Below, piece after piece: positions 1 through 9,604 of a stretch of 64,000 bases of DNA; positions within the stretch are counted from its first letter, which is position 1, and each line of letters starts with the position of its first letter. The translations under genes and the position numbers were made by a program. The notes beneath the pieces were generated by a model. That model was not told where the DNA came from. It made no database searches and saw nothing but the letters and a program-made list of their open reading frames with translations. The DNA comes from Deltaproteobacteria bacterium (GTDB lineage Bacteria; Myxococcota_A; Polyangia; Polyangiales; Houyiibacteriaceae). Where the stretch lies: positions 1-64,000 of the forward strand of contig JAXMNT010000041.1 of the NCBI GenBank assembly GCA_034670305.1, in the 5' to 3' direction.

Positions 1-80
1 ATGCCCGGCGGCTTCGTCCGCTGGGCATCGGGCTCCGATTCGCGGCCTCGCCGTCGCGAAACACACGGCGTCCACGACGC

Positions 81-113
81 GGGCAAGGGCACGGGCAAGG
101 GCAACGGCAAGGG
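81..113. repeat. GGGCAA/GGGCAC hexamer array
   Basis: gggcaagggcacgggcaagggcaacggcaaggg, intergenic, just after the kinase stop. Confidence 0.8.
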
Positions 114-137
114 AGCAGGTCGCTTTTTAGCGACCTG

Positions 138-1952
138 CTAGGTCGGACCGCGCCGGATGAGCTTCCGGGTCGCGAGGAAGATCAGCGGGATCGCTCCTGC
201 GAGCACGACGAAGATCCACTCGATCCACGCGGGTTCGATTGCGCCGACGACGGTGGCGACGAGCGCAAGGCCTGCGAGCCACGGACCGCTCCGATGAAAC
301 GGTGTCAGACCCGCGCCGGCCATCGCGATGAGGAGCGCATCGGTCTGCAGCGTGCGGGTGGGATCGATGTCGCCGAGCAGACCGACGAGCCGGTTGATGG
401 CGCTGCAGCCGAGGGTGGTCAGCGCGACTTGGGAGATGCGGCGGTTGACCAGGTTGAACTCGCCGCGCCGACGCCACCAGCGGACGACACCTGCCGCGAT
501 GAGGAACACCACGAGACCGACGAGGGCGAACCGGAGTGGGGCGCTGGCGTAGTTCGGAAAAGCCAGCCGGAGCGTGCCGAAACCACCGACGATCAGGAGC
601 ACCCCGAGCCCGAGGCCCACGAGCGCCGCGTCGCGTTCACGTTTGCCGAACCGTTTGTCCTGGTCGCGCTCGAGGGTGTGCAAGCGCTGGTCGGCCGCCG
701 CCATCTCGTCTCGCAACGCGTCGAGGGCGCGCTGCAGCGACGCGGGCGGATCGATCATCGCTTCGAGATGGGTTGCCGCCGCGTCGGGCTGCCGGCGCGA
801 GAGTTCCGCACGCGCCATCAAGAGCAGCGCCCGCTGCAGACCTCGCTCCGCTTCGGCCGCATCGGGCGCCATCGCGGCGGCCTGCTCGTACGCAAACCGC
901 GCTTCGTCGAACGCGCGTTTCGCCGACGGGTAGTCGTCGGAGTCGAGGGCTGCGGACAGCGTCTCCAGCCTCGCGTCGGCGACCTCGACCAGATCCTGCG
1001 CGGCCCGCTGGGCGCGAAACGAGATGACCGCATCCCGGAGCGCCTCGACGGATTCGAATCGATCCTCTGGCGCCCGCGCGCACGCCCGGTTGCAGATCTG
1101 CCCGAGCAGCGGAGACACCGACGCCGGGTAGTCGAACGGCGCACTCTCGCTCGCTTGTTGCACCGCCTCGAACAACGTCTCGGCGGTGTGGCGCGGCGCC
1201 CGCATCAACACCTCGTGCAAGGTCGCGCCCAGCAGGTAGACGTCGCTCCGTTCGTCGAACGTTCCGTCCACCATCTCCGGTGCGAGGTACGCCGGTGTGC
1301 CCGCGAGGCCGCGGCGCGTCTGGTCCGAGAGCCGCCGCGCGATGCCCCAGTCCATCAGGTAGACCTCGCCGAACGCGCCCACCATCACGTTGCTCGGTTT
1401 GATGTCGCGGTGGACGACCCCCTCGCTGTGGGCGAACGCGGTCGCGTTGCAGACCTGGACGAAGATTTCGAGGTGCCGGTCGAGCGTGGTCTCGGGATCG
1501 CGGATCACTTCGGCCCACTCCTGGCCGGAGATCCGCTTCATGACGACCGCGGGTCCGTGTTCGTCTTCCACCACCGCGTGGATCGGGACGATGCTCGGAT
1601 GCTCCAGCCCTCCGGCGATCATCGCTTCGTGCAGCAGCGCGTCGACGAGCCTCGGACTCGGTTCGACGAGCCGCTTGATCGCGACCTCCCGGTCGAGTGC
1701 CTTCTGCCCCGCAAGGAAGACCACACCCATGCCGCCGCGACCGAGTTCTTCACGCAGCACGAAGTCCACGTCGAGCTCCGGAGCGCCGGCGGCGGAGAAC
1801 TTCGCCGGCGGGAGGGAAGGCCGAAACGACAGCGCCTCTCGGCCCACGGTCGAGTTCGCCGGGAGGGTGCGGTCCAGCCCGGACAACCCGACCCCGGCGT
1901 CGCCCGACGACGCATGCATCGTCTTCTCCAGCGGATCCACCTCGGCCATCAA
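138..1952 (-). CDS. Hanks-type Ser/Thr protein kinase with TPR-like helices and C-terminal transmembrane segments
   Basis: LGRGGMGVV, VAIK, HRDIKPSN, DWG, GTPAYLAPE, DVYLLG motifs; several hydrophobic C-terminal helices; start is TTG 1952 or ATG 1949. Confidence 0.92.
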   Translation of the reverse strand: MMAEVDPLEKTMHASSGDAGVGLSGLDRTLPANSTVGREALSFRPSLPPAKFSAAGAPELDVDFVLREELGRGGMGVVFLAGQKALDREVAIKRLVEPSPRLVDALLHEAMIAGGLEHPSIVPIHAVVEDEHGPAVVMKRISGQEWAEVIRDPETTLDRHLEIFVQVCNATAFAHSEGVVHRDIKPSNVMVGAFGEVYLMDWGIARRLSDQTRRGLAGTPAYLAPEMVDGTFDERSDVYLLGATLHEVLMRAPRHTAETLFEAVQQASESAPFDYPASVSPLLGQICNRACARAPEDRFESVEALRDAVISFRAQRAAQDLVEVADARLETLSAALDSDDYPSAKRAFDEARFAYEQAAAMAPDAAEAERGLQRALLLMARAELSRRQPDAAATHLEAMIDPPASLQRALDALRDEMAAADQRLHTLERDQDKRFGKRERDAALVGLGLGVLLIVGGFGTLRLAFPNYASAPLRFALVGLVVFLIAAGVVRWWRRRGEFNLVNRRISQVALTTLGCSAINRLVGLLGDIDPTRTLQTDALLIAMAGAGLTPFHRSGPWLAGLALVATVVGAIEPAWIEWIFVVLAGAIPLIFLATRKLIRRGPT

Positions 1953-2046
1953 TCCGCGACTCTAGCAGGTCGCTGCCCCCGACCTCTCCCGCTCCGCGAA
2001 GCCAGGGTGGCGTGCAAACCCAAGGGGTCGTCGGTACCCTGCGCCC

Positions 2047-3225
2047 ATGGTCACACCCAGGAGGCGCGGGCTCCGCACCGCAGGCGTTCGCGTCGCAGTC
2101 CTCTCGTGGGCCGTGTGCGGTCTGGCGTGCGAGCCGGGCGTCCTCACGCGTGAGGGCGACATCGCGCTCGTCGACGCGGGCCCCCGCACCGACGCACCCG
2201 GCACCGATGCACCCGGCGTGGATGCACCCGGCGTGGACGCACCGGGTGTCGACGCGCCTGGCGCACTGGACGGCGGGGTCGACGGCGGACCCGACGATCC
2301 GTGCCTCGGGGTCGCGTGCGATCCGGGCGCGATGTGCGTGGCGGGAGAGTGCGTGTGCCGTGAGGGGTTCGTCGACGACGGGTCCGGGTGTGTGGCGCCC
2401 CCCGCGGGCGACCCGGCGACGCGCTCGATGAGCGACGTGTGCGACGGCTGGAACGCCGGCCACGTGACGAACGCGAGCCCGGAGTGGATGGACGACGGGC
2501 TGACCTGCGGTCCGGGTGTGATGGCGCGCGCTGGCATCGACGACACCCTGCGGCGCATCAACATGTACCGATGGCTCGCCGGCATGACGCCCGTCGTCGA
2601 CGATCCTGCGCGACACGCGGGCATGATGGAGTGCGCCGCGATGATGAGCGTCAACGCGATGCTCTCGCACTCGCCGCCGATGTCGTGGACCTGTTACACC
2701 GCGGCCGGCGCGACCGCTGCGAGCCGCGCCAACATCGCGCTCGGCTACGGGTCATCGCCGGCGGCGATCAACGGCTACATGCGCGATCGCAACGTCGACA
2801 GCCTCGGCCACCGGCGGTGGATTCTCTCGAGCCGACTCGCGAGCGTCGGCATCGGGTTCTCGTCGACCGGCAGTCGTCCTGGGCAGTGCCTCGGGGTGAT
2901 CGGCGGCACCGGCGCCGCGACCGAGCGGCCGTGGAGTTCGTATCCGAACCAGGGGTTTGCGCCGATGGAGACCGCGCTCGATGTGTGGTCGTTCCAGCCC
3001 TACGCGATGAGCCTCACCGGTTCGAGCGCGGGTTCGATCGTGCGGACGTCGGATGGCGCCGACATGCCGGTGCTCTCCGAGCGCCAGCCGAGCGGTGGTT
3101 CGGTGGACGCAGTGAAGATGACCCCCATGGGTTGGATGCCGGTCGCGGGAGAGACCTACCGAGTGACCATCACCGACCTGAGCACCGGCGAGCTGAGCTA
3201 CGAAGTCACCCCCGTCGACTGCTGA
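2047..3225 (+). CDS. CAP/SCP-domain lipoprotein with DAPG linker and EGF-like module
   Basis: Lipobox-like GLAC; DAPGV repeats; CVAGECVCREGFVDDGSGC; CAP motifs INMYRWLAG, LSHSPP, NIALG, LGHRRWILS. Confidence 0.8.
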   Translation: MVTPRRRGLRTAGVRVAVLSWAVCGLACEPGVLTREGDIALVDAGPRTDAPGTDAPGVDAPGVDAPGVDAPGALDGGVDGGPDDPCLGVACDPGAMCVAGECVCREGFVDDGSGCVAPPAGDPATRSMSDVCDGWNAGHVTNASPEWMDDGLTCGPGVMARAGIDDTLRRINMYRWLAGMTPVVDDPARHAGMMECAAMMSVNAMLSHSPPMSWTCYTAAGATAASRANIALGYGSSPAAINGYMRDRNVDSLGHRRWILSSRLASVGIGFSSTGSRPGQCLGVIGGTGAATERPWSSYPNQGFAPMETALDVWSFQPYAMSLTGSSAGSIVRTSDGADMPVLSERQPSGGSVDAVKMTPMGWMPVAGETYRVTITDLSTGELSYEVTPVDC

Positions 3226-3274
3226 GGCGAAGGGCGGACAAGCGCCTCCCCGTGCCGGCCCACGACGATCATCG

Positions 3275-3310
3275 AGGGCAAGGGCAGGGGCAAGGGCACG
3301 GGCAAGGGGC
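3275..3310. repeat. GGGCAA/GGGCAG/GGGCAC hexamer array
   Basis: gggcaagggcaggggcaagggcacgggcaagggg between convergent genes. Confidence 0.85.
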
Positions 3311-3326
3311 GCTCTAGCGCTTTGCG

Positions 3327-4031
3327 CTAGAGCGCGGCCGGGTCGGTCAGCCAGGGGAGCACGGCGCGGATCGTGTGGACCTCTTCGCGGCTGAGCACGC
3401 CCATGCGCTGTTCGGATCCGGTGACCACCCGCAGCGCGGAGCGACCGCCCACGTCGGACCAGGTGTAGGTCGCGCCCGCGTCGAGTTCGCGCGCGAGTTC
3501 TTCGAGGCGCGATGGCAACTTGGACCAGCCCAGTCCGACGCGGCCCCATCCCATGCGTGCGGTGGTGGCGATCTGATCCGCCCATTTCAGACCCACCAGG
3601 CGCTCCATGCGAAACACGATCTGCTTGCGCGGGATGGACTCGATCTTGCCAGCCTGCGTGAGCGTCTGGAGGAACTGCGTGACGCCGACCTCGCGCGGAT
3701 GGTCTTCGGGCAGCCCGACGAGCGGGATGTGGCGGGTCGCGATCGCCATCTGCACGTACGCCGCGAGCATCAGCGGCGAGTTGTCGTTCGGGCTCAAGTT
3801 CTGACAGGCGCGAAACTCCGCGTCCACGATCGCGCTCAGCGGCGTGGTCTCCACCGGCCGCAGACCCTGGCGTTTGCCGACCCAGTCCACGAGCGCGCTC
3901 CGGAGACTCTCGTAGACGCCGCGGTCGGCTGCATCGAGCGATCGGCTGAGCGCGTGGGTGCACCCGCCCGCGATCAGCAGGGCGGTGTCGGTCGGCCAGA
4001 GCGCGGCAGCGGCGTCTTTCAGGGAGGTCAT
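3327..4031 (-). CDS. hypothetical protein
   Basis: Protein-like composition; ATG 4031 lies 7 nt after a TATGTT -10-like hexamer; no family recognised. Confidence 0.65.
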   Translation of the reverse strand: MTSLKDAAAALWPTDTALLIAGGCTHALSRSLDAADRGVYESLRSALVDWVGKRQGLRPVETTPLSAIVDAEFRACQNLSPNDNSPLMLAAYVQMAIATRHIPLVGLPEDHPREVGVTQFLQTLTQAGKIESIPRKQIVFRMERLVGLKWADQIATTARMGWGRVGLGWSKLPSRLEELARELDAGATYTWSDVGGRSALRVVTGSEQRMGVLSREEVHTIRAVLPWLTDPAAL

Positions 4032-4111
4032 GCGCGCCAACATACGCGCATCGCCGCGTCGGTCGAGCAAATCGTCACGGATCGGGGCCCCTTCTGTTCT
4101 AGAATCGCGCG

Positions 4112-5047
4112 ATGCATCGGCGAACCTTGGGTGGAACGGACATCGAGCTCTCCGAGATCGCGCTCGGCACCTGGGGACTTTCGGGCGCCTGCGGCAAGAT
4201 GCACGAGCCGGTCGTGCGGGCGACGGTGGAAGCGGCGCTCGAGGCGGGCGTCACGACCATCGACTGTGCACCGCTCTGGGGCGATGGCGCGATCGAGACC
4301 GTGGTCGGAGAGCTGACGGAATCGGCGCGGGCGGACGTGCAACTCGTCACGCGCGCGGGCGCCCGCTGGCAAGACGGCGAGGTCGCCCATGGGTTTGGTG
4401 CGAACGCGTTGCGGTCGGATCTGACCCGGTCGCTGGACCGGCTCCGGACCGAGCGGGTGGACGTGTGGCTCTTGCACGATCCGCCGGAGGACGCGCTCAC
4501 CGCCGAGCACCTCAAGCCACTGGTCGAAGAACAGAAGAAGCTCGAACGCATCGGCGCCTTCGGCGTGAGCACCGGGTCGATCGACGTGGCGCGCACCGCG
4601 CTCGAGTTGGGGGTCGACGTGCTCTGCATGCCCTACAACCTGTTGTGCAGCGACGACGTGACCGAGCTGAGCGATCTCTTGAAAGAGAAGCAGGTGGGGT
4701 TGATGGCCCGTTCGCCGCTGCTGCATGGACTGCTCTCGGGTCGATGGACCGAGTACCGGCAGTTCGCCGACGACGACCACCGCAAGGCGCGCTGGACGCC
4801 GCGCGCGCTCGCGCTGCGGGTGCGGCAGGTCAACCAGCTGCGCTACCTGATGCACGACGACGTGCACAGCCTGACCGAAGCCGCGGTGCGCTTCGTGCTC
4901 GCGTCACCCGTCGTGACCTCGTGCGTGCTTGGCGCGCGCCGGGCGATCCAGATCAAGGGCGCAGAGAAACTCGCCGGCGAAGTCCCCTACCTCCCCGACG
5001 AAGATCTCGAGCGCATCGGCCAAGTCCTCGCCGCCACCGGCGCTTAG
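4112..5047 (+). CDS. aldo/keto reductase
   Basis: RRTLGGTDIELSEIALGTW, IDCAPLWG, SLDRLRTERVDVWLLHDP, ARSPLLHGLL. Confidence 0.9.
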   Translation: MHRRTLGGTDIELSEIALGTWGLSGACGKMHEPVVRATVEAALEAGVTTIDCAPLWGDGAIETVVGELTESARADVQLVTRAGARWQDGEVAHGFGANALRSDLTRSLDRLRTERVDVWLLHDPPEDALTAEHLKPLVEEQKKLERIGAFGVSTGSIDVARTALELGVDVLCMPYNLLCSDDVTELSDLLKEKQVGLMARSPLLHGLLSGRWTEYRQFADDDHRKARWTPRALALRVRQVNQLRYLMHDDVHSLTEAAVRFVLASPVVTSCVLGARRAIQIKGAEKLAGEVPYLPDEDLERIGQVLAATGA

Positions 5048-5082
5048 GGCCGCCAGTCCCGCGAAGCGGGCCAGGCCCGTAG
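5048..5082 (-). repeat. dispersed REP-like repeat, family A, copy 1
   Basis: Reverse complement CTACGGGCCTGGCCCGCTTCGCGGGACTGGCGGCC closely matches 48776-48811 and 49011-49040. Confidence 0.7.
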
Positions 5083-5086
5083 CCGA

Positions 5087-5503
5087 TCAATAAGTACGCG
5101 TGGGGGTGCCGAGGGCGCGGCGTTCTTCGGGGACGGTGCGCGGGTGGGCGTAGCGGGCGCAGCGCGCCACGCGAGGTGCGGTGGCGGGACCGACCGCGTA
5201 GACCACGTACCGCTCCCCGACCTGGAAGTGCGGGGGACACATGCTGTTCTCGGACGGGATCTGCACCGTCACTTCTTGGGCGACCGTTCCCTTCCACACG
5301 TGGCTGACCCGGAACACACCCATCGATCGTTCTTGGTTGGGGTCGCCGACCAACGTGGTGCGGAGCAGCTCCCCTTCGAAGACCCAGGTCGCCGCCGCGA
5401 GCGAACTCGGCGCGTCTTGCACCAGGCACGAGCATGCCCGCGCCAGCGAGGAGCCGACCGAGAGTGAGAGCACGAGCGCGAGGAGCAAGGAGAGGTGTTT
5501 CAC
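5087..5503 (-). CDS. secreted TIMP/NTR-like protein
   Basis: GTG 5503, signal peptide ending ARA then CSC; VFEGEL, FRVSHVWKG, C..F.VGERYVVYA pattern of N-TIMP-like proteins. Confidence 0.7.
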   Translation of the reverse strand: MKHLSLLLALVLSLSVGSSLARACSCLVQDAPSSLAAATWVFEGELLRTTLVGDPNQERSMGVFRVSHVWKGTVAQEVTVQIPSENSMCPPHFQVGERYVVYAVGPATAPRVARCARYAHPRTVPEERRALGTPTRTY

Positions 5504-5654
5504 GGGACCTACGTTGCGCAGAGTACGCGGAGCGAAGTTGGGGAGGCTGGAATGCCGGCGGGGGCATGCGCGCATCCCCTCGGACATCCCCTCGGACAAC
5601 CGAGGGTGGGACCTGCGCCCGGCGCGAGATCTTGGAAGCTCGCGCCGGCGAAGG

Positions 5655-7475
5655 TCACGGTTCGGTCCAGTCGACTTCGTCCGCCTCGAAGTCGAGGTAC
5701 ATCCACCAGCCGTCTTCCATGCCGTCGCCGTCGCGGTCGTCCGCGTCGCTCGGGGGCGATCCGCAGCCGCCGTTCGTCGTGTCGCTGCTTCGAAGGAGCG
5801 AGTAGAGCGACCGGTCGCCGAGGATGGGCACCGGCACGATGGCGGCGCGCGCTTCGGCGAAGGTGAGGAAGCCCACGATGACTCCGTCGACGATGCGGGT
5901 GCCGGCGTATTCACCGGCGACCTGCGCGTCCTCGAGCGTGATGGTCGCGCCGGACAGGGAGATGCTGACCGTCTCGGTGCTGCTCACGAAACAACCCATG
6001 CCGCCCGGGTCGGCCGTGGGGGTGTTGGGCGCCGTGTACGCGCCGGTGAGGGTCATCGGGTCGGCCGCGTAACAGATGCCACTCGAGGAGTTGTTCGCGG
6101 TGCCCATCACCTCGGTGCCGCCCGGCGAACAGTCGTCGGTCGGGGCATCTGCCATGCACATGCCGTTCGTGTACAGGCTCACCGGGGTGGACGACATGGC
6201 GGGCGCCAGCGGCCGGAACACCGACACCACGTTCAACGAGTAGTCGTCGATGCCGCTCTGGAACTGCGCGTTTGCGCCGGGCTGTCCGAGCACCGTGTCG
6301 GTCGCGTCGCGGCATCCGAACGCATCGATGAAGACGTGCGGATCACGCAGCACGAGGCGGGTGATCCGGAACGCGGTCGGGGTGGTGCTCATCTCGATCA
6401 TGCACGAGCCGTCGCATCCGTCGCCCGGGTCCAAGTTGCCGTCGTCGCAGGCTTCGCCGGTTTCGCGGACGTTGTTGCCGCACACCGGCGCGCAGTCGTT
6501 GTCGTTCGTCTCGTTGGCACCGGCGGGGCAACACATGTCGTCGTCGGTCGGCGCCGTGACCGCGGTGGTGCGACAGCGGGCGCGGCAGTTGCCCGCGTTC
6601 GCGAGTCGATCGCGCGTGCATGGATCTCCGTCGTCGCAGTCCGCGAGCACGGGACACGCGTCGGGTTCGCCGGCAGGGATCGCGGTGTCGCAACGTTCGC
6701 CGGTGTCGCGTACGCCGTTGCCGCACTCGGCCGAGCAGTTGGAGTCGGTCGCGGTGGTGGCGCCTTCGGGGCAGCATCCATCGGTGCCGTCGTCCGTGGT
6801 GTCGATGAGGGTGTCGGTGCACTCGGCGCGGCAGGTGTCGGGCATCGAGAGCGCTTCCACCGTGCAGGCGTCGCCGTCGTCTTCGCACGTCGTCGGGCAT
6901 GCGCCGGGTTCGCCGTCGGCGATGGCGGTGTCGCAGAGCTCGCCTGCTTCGAGGACGCCGTTGTCGCACATCGCCATGCAGTCGGCGTCGTCGGCCGAGC
7001 TCGCGCCTTCGGGGCAGCAGAGGTCGCCGTCGACGAAGTCGGTGATGGGCACGGCGGTGCAGGTGGCGAGGCAGTCCCGCCCGGACGCGATGTCGGAGGT
7101 GCAGGGGTCTTCGTCGTCGCAGGTGGTCGGGCACGCGCCGGGTTCGCCCGCGGCGATCGCGGTGTCGCATGCTTCGGCGCTGTTCACTTCTCCGTCGCCG
7201 CACGTGAAGCGGCACTCTGAGTCGCAGGCGTCGAGGTCGTCCTCGTTGCCGTCGTCGCACTCCTCGTCGCCTTCGACGACTTCGTTGCCGCATCGGCCGG
7301 TGATGGGTGCGTCGGGTCGTCCGGTGTCGACGCCGGGCGCGTCTTCGCCCGAGCGTGCGTCGGCGGTGGCGCCGTCGCTCATGCCCGCGTCGCCATCGGG
7401 CGGAGGACCGTCGTCTCCGCAGCCGACTGCGCCCACACACCCCAAGATCCCCACCCACAAGACCAATCGATTCAT
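5655..7475 (-). CDS. Cys-rich repeat lipoprotein (myxobacterial CGNG..E.CDDGN / DUF4215-like)
   Basis: Lipobox [20 protein letters not shown] and [16 protein letters not shown]; three longer internal repeats containing CDTAI..GEP.ACP and CCP.GA. Confidence 0.85.
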   Translation of the reverse strand: MNRLVLWVGILGCVGAVGCGDDGPPPDGDAGMSDGATADARSGEDAPGVDTGRPDAPITGRCGNEVVEGDEECDDGNEDDLDACDSECRFTCGDGEVNSAEACDTAIAAGEPGACPTTCDDEDPCTSDIASGRDCLATCTAVPITDFVDGDLCCPEGASSADDADCMAMCDNGVLEAGELCDTAIADGEPGACPTTCEDDGDACTVEALSMPDTCRAECTDTLIDTTDDGTDGCCPEGATTATDSNCSAECGNGVRDTGERCDTAIPAGEPDACPVLADCDDGDPCTRDRLANAGNCRARCRTTAVTAPTDDDMCCPAGANETNDNDCAPVCGNNVRETGEACDDGNLDPGDGCDGSCMIEMSTTPTAFRITRLVLRDPHVFIDAFGCRDATDTVLGQPGANAQFQSGIDDYSLNVVSVFRPLAPAMSSTPVSLYTNGMCMADAPTDDCSPGGTEVMGTANNSSSGICYAADPMTLTGAYTAPNTPTADPGGMGCFVSSTETVSISLSGATITLEDAQVAGEYAGTRIVDGVIVGFLTFAEARAAIVPVPILGDRSLYSLLRSSDTTNGGCGSPPSDADDRDGDGMEDGWWMYLDFEADEVDWTEP

Positions 7476-7532
7476 GCTTTCGCTCCCCAGGACGTTGAGT
7501 CTAACAGCCCGGGCAGGGATCGGCAGGACGGT

Positions 7533-7858
7533 CCCTTGCCCGTGCCCTTGCCCGTGCCCTTGCCCTTCGTTCCGACTCCGAATCCGAAGGAGAGGATGCG
7601 GCCCGCGCCCGTGCCCGTGGTTCGTTCCGAAGCCGAAGCCGAAGCCGATCCCGAAGCCGAAGCCGAAGCCGACGCCGATCCCGAATCCGACGCCGAAGCC
7701 GAAGCCGAAGCCGAAGCCGACGCCGATCCCGAAGCCGAAGCCGACGCCGACGCCGACGCCGATCCCGATGCCGAAGCCGATCCCCCGAAGCCGACGCCGA
7801 TCCCGAAGCCGAGGCCGCCGCCGATCCCGACGCCGCCGCCGATCCCGACGCCGCCGAC
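7533..7858. repeat. composite hexamer array (CCCTTG/CCCGTG block then CCGAAG/CCGACG/CCGATC block)
   Basis: Directly visible degenerate hexamer tandem repeats, intergenic. Confidence 0.9.
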
Positions 7859-7864
7859 TCGCCC

Positions 7865-7902
7865 AAAGGGAAAACCCCGGGCCGCTGGTGCGACCCGGGG
7901 TT
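7865..7902 (-). terminator. intrinsic terminator downstream of the Spy/CpxP-like gene
   Basis: Minus strand AACCCCGGG-loop-CCCGGGGTT followed by TTCCCTTT. Confidence 0.7.
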
Positions 7903-7930
7903 CTGGGTGGGGAGGATGGGGAGAGGGGGT

Positions 7931-8698
7931 TCAGATGCCGCGGTTGTCGGGGTTGTCGACGCCGACCTGACCGCGGGGGCCGTTCTCGCCGCGGGGGCCG
8001 TGTCCGCGGCGGCCGCGGCGTTCGCGGCGTTCGCCGGGCTCAGGCAGAAGGGCGCGCTGTTCGGCGGTGAGGACCGATTCGATCTGCGTGCGCATCGCGC
8101 GGTGCCGGGCTTGGTGCGCGGCGCGGTCCATCTGGGGCGAGCGCTCGGTGGCGGCCGACTCGAGGATGGCGCGGATGCGGGTCTGCTGCGCGGCCGAGAG
8201 GGAGAGGCGTTCGGTCATGTGCGTGAGGCGGCGGGTGATGCGGTTCGCCTGATGTTCGGTGCGGAGCTCGGCGGCGCGGGCGCGCTGGGCTGGGGTGAGC
8301 ACTTCCATCACGAGACGCTTGGTCTCTTCGCGGTGGGCGTGCATCGCCTCGCGGTTGCCGTCGGCTTCACGGAGCGCGCGGCCTTCTTCCCGGGCCGATT
8401 CCATGATGGCGCGGACCTGGGTCTGTTGGTTCTCGGTCAGCTCGAGCTGCCGGAGCATGCGCTGCATGCCGTGTCGGCCGCGGTGGCCCCGGTGGGCACG
8501 CGGGCCTCGCCGGGCGCCTTCGGCACGCGGGCCTCGCCGGGCGCCTTCGGCACGCGGGCCGCGGGGTGCGCGGGCTTGTTCGGAGTCGTCTCCGCGGCGG
8601 ACTTGGGCGGTCCCCTGGGCGGAGGCAGGTGCCGGACCGACGAAGGAGAGCGACGCGGCGATCGTGGCGGAGGAGAGGAGCTTGAGGAGGGAGTTCAT
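7931..8698 (-). CDS. Spy/CpxP-family periplasmic protein (LTXXQ motifs)
   Basis: Signal peptide ending [48 protein letters not shown] tandem repeat. Confidence 0.8.
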   Translation of the reverse strand: MNSLLKLLSSATIAASLSFVGPAPASAQGTAQVRRGDDSEQARAPRGPRAEGARRGPRAEGARRGPRAHRGHRGRHGMQRMLRQLELTENQQTQVRAIMESAREEGRALREADGNREAMHAHREETKRLVMEVLTPAQRARAAELRTEHQANRITRRLTHMTERLSLSAAQQTRIRAILESAATERSPQMDRAAHQARHRAMRTQIESVLTAEQRALLPEPGERRERRGRRGHGPRGENGPRGQVGVDNPDNRGI

Positions 8699-8861
8699 CG
8701 CTGGGTGGCCTTTCGGTGACCGTCTTGGTCACACCAGCAAGAGACTCACCACTTCTGAAGACTCTCTTAAGCTGCGTCAGATTCTGCCAGGGACGCTCTC
8801 ATGTGCCTGCAATTGCTCATGATTTTTCCTTCAGAAAACATGTGCGGGATGTTCCTGACCT

Positions 8862-9329
8862 TCAGCTTCGGCGCGAGATCGCGGTCGGATCGTCGTCGGG
8901 CACGTCGTCTTCGACCACGACCTGGACCACCGTTCCGCTGGTTCCGAGCCGATGGGCGGTGCCGCCAACACACACCCGGGCATCGGAGCGCAAAGTCGAG
9001 ACCCGCTCGCGCAGGGTCTCCGCGATCCGGCCGTGGTGATGTACCTCGGCGGGCCCTTCGGTCGGCAGCCGGTTCAGGCGGAAGGTGACCTGGCGCCGGA
9101 TCGCGTTCACCTGGGAGAGCACTTGGTCCAGACACCGTGCGGGCCGGGTGCGCTGGAAACGCCGGGCGGTGTCGAGTTGCGTCGCGACGATGCGCGAGAG
9201 TTGATCGGCCGCACGCTGGGTGGCGTCGAGCCGCTCGGTGGCGACGTCGAGGGGGGTCAGTTGGGCTTTGGCGGGCACGTGCACGAGTGCCGTACCCACC
9301 AGCACTCCAAGACAGAGCAGGGTTCGCAT
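8862..9329 (-). CDS. secreted helical two-Cys hypothetical protein
   Basis: GGAG then ATG 9329, signal peptide ending AKAQ; ARCLDQVLSQV...DARVCVG; acidic EDDVPDDDPT tail. Confidence 0.7.
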   Translation of the reverse strand: MRTLLCLGVLVGTALVHVPAKAQLTPLDVATERLDATQRAADQLSRIVATQLDTARRFQRTRPARCLDQVLSQVNAIRRQVTFRLNRLPTEGPAEVHHHGRIAETLRERVSTLRSDARVCVGGTAHRLGTSGTVVQVVVEDDVPDDDPTAISRRS

Positions 9330-9408
9330 GTTTCTCCGTGGCGCACGGGGAACAAGAGCCGCGCGTACAGACACTGGTTGCGAGCAACCCCAGCGATATT
9401 CACTTGGT

Positions 9409-9599
9409 CCCTTGCCCTTGCCCCTGCCCCTGCCCTTGCCCTCGTCGCCCTTGCCCCTGCCCCTGCCCTTGCCCTTGCCCTCGGTGTAGTAGCCGAAGCC
9501 GAAGCCGAAGCCGACGCCGACTCCGATCCCGAAGCCGAAGCCGAAGCCGACGCCGACGCCGAAGCCGAAGCCGAAGCCGACGCCGATGCCGACGCCGAA
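9409..9599. repeat. composite hexamer array (CCCTTG/CCCCTG block then CCGAAG/CCGACG block)
   Basis: Directly visible, intergenic. Confidence 0.9.
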
Positions 9600-9604
9600 C
9601 GTGG

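Noticed and set aside
294-2153. Long Arg/Ala-rich ORFs overlapping real genes throughout the window
   Set aside because: Expected shadow ORFs in high-GC DNA; no motifs, and the overlapping frame has clear family signatures.
7501-7970. ORFs encoding PKPKP / EAEAE / RSRSR / CPCPC tracts here and at the other arrays
   Set aside because: These are translations of intergenic hexamer repeats that are open in several frames; they lack credible starts and domain content.
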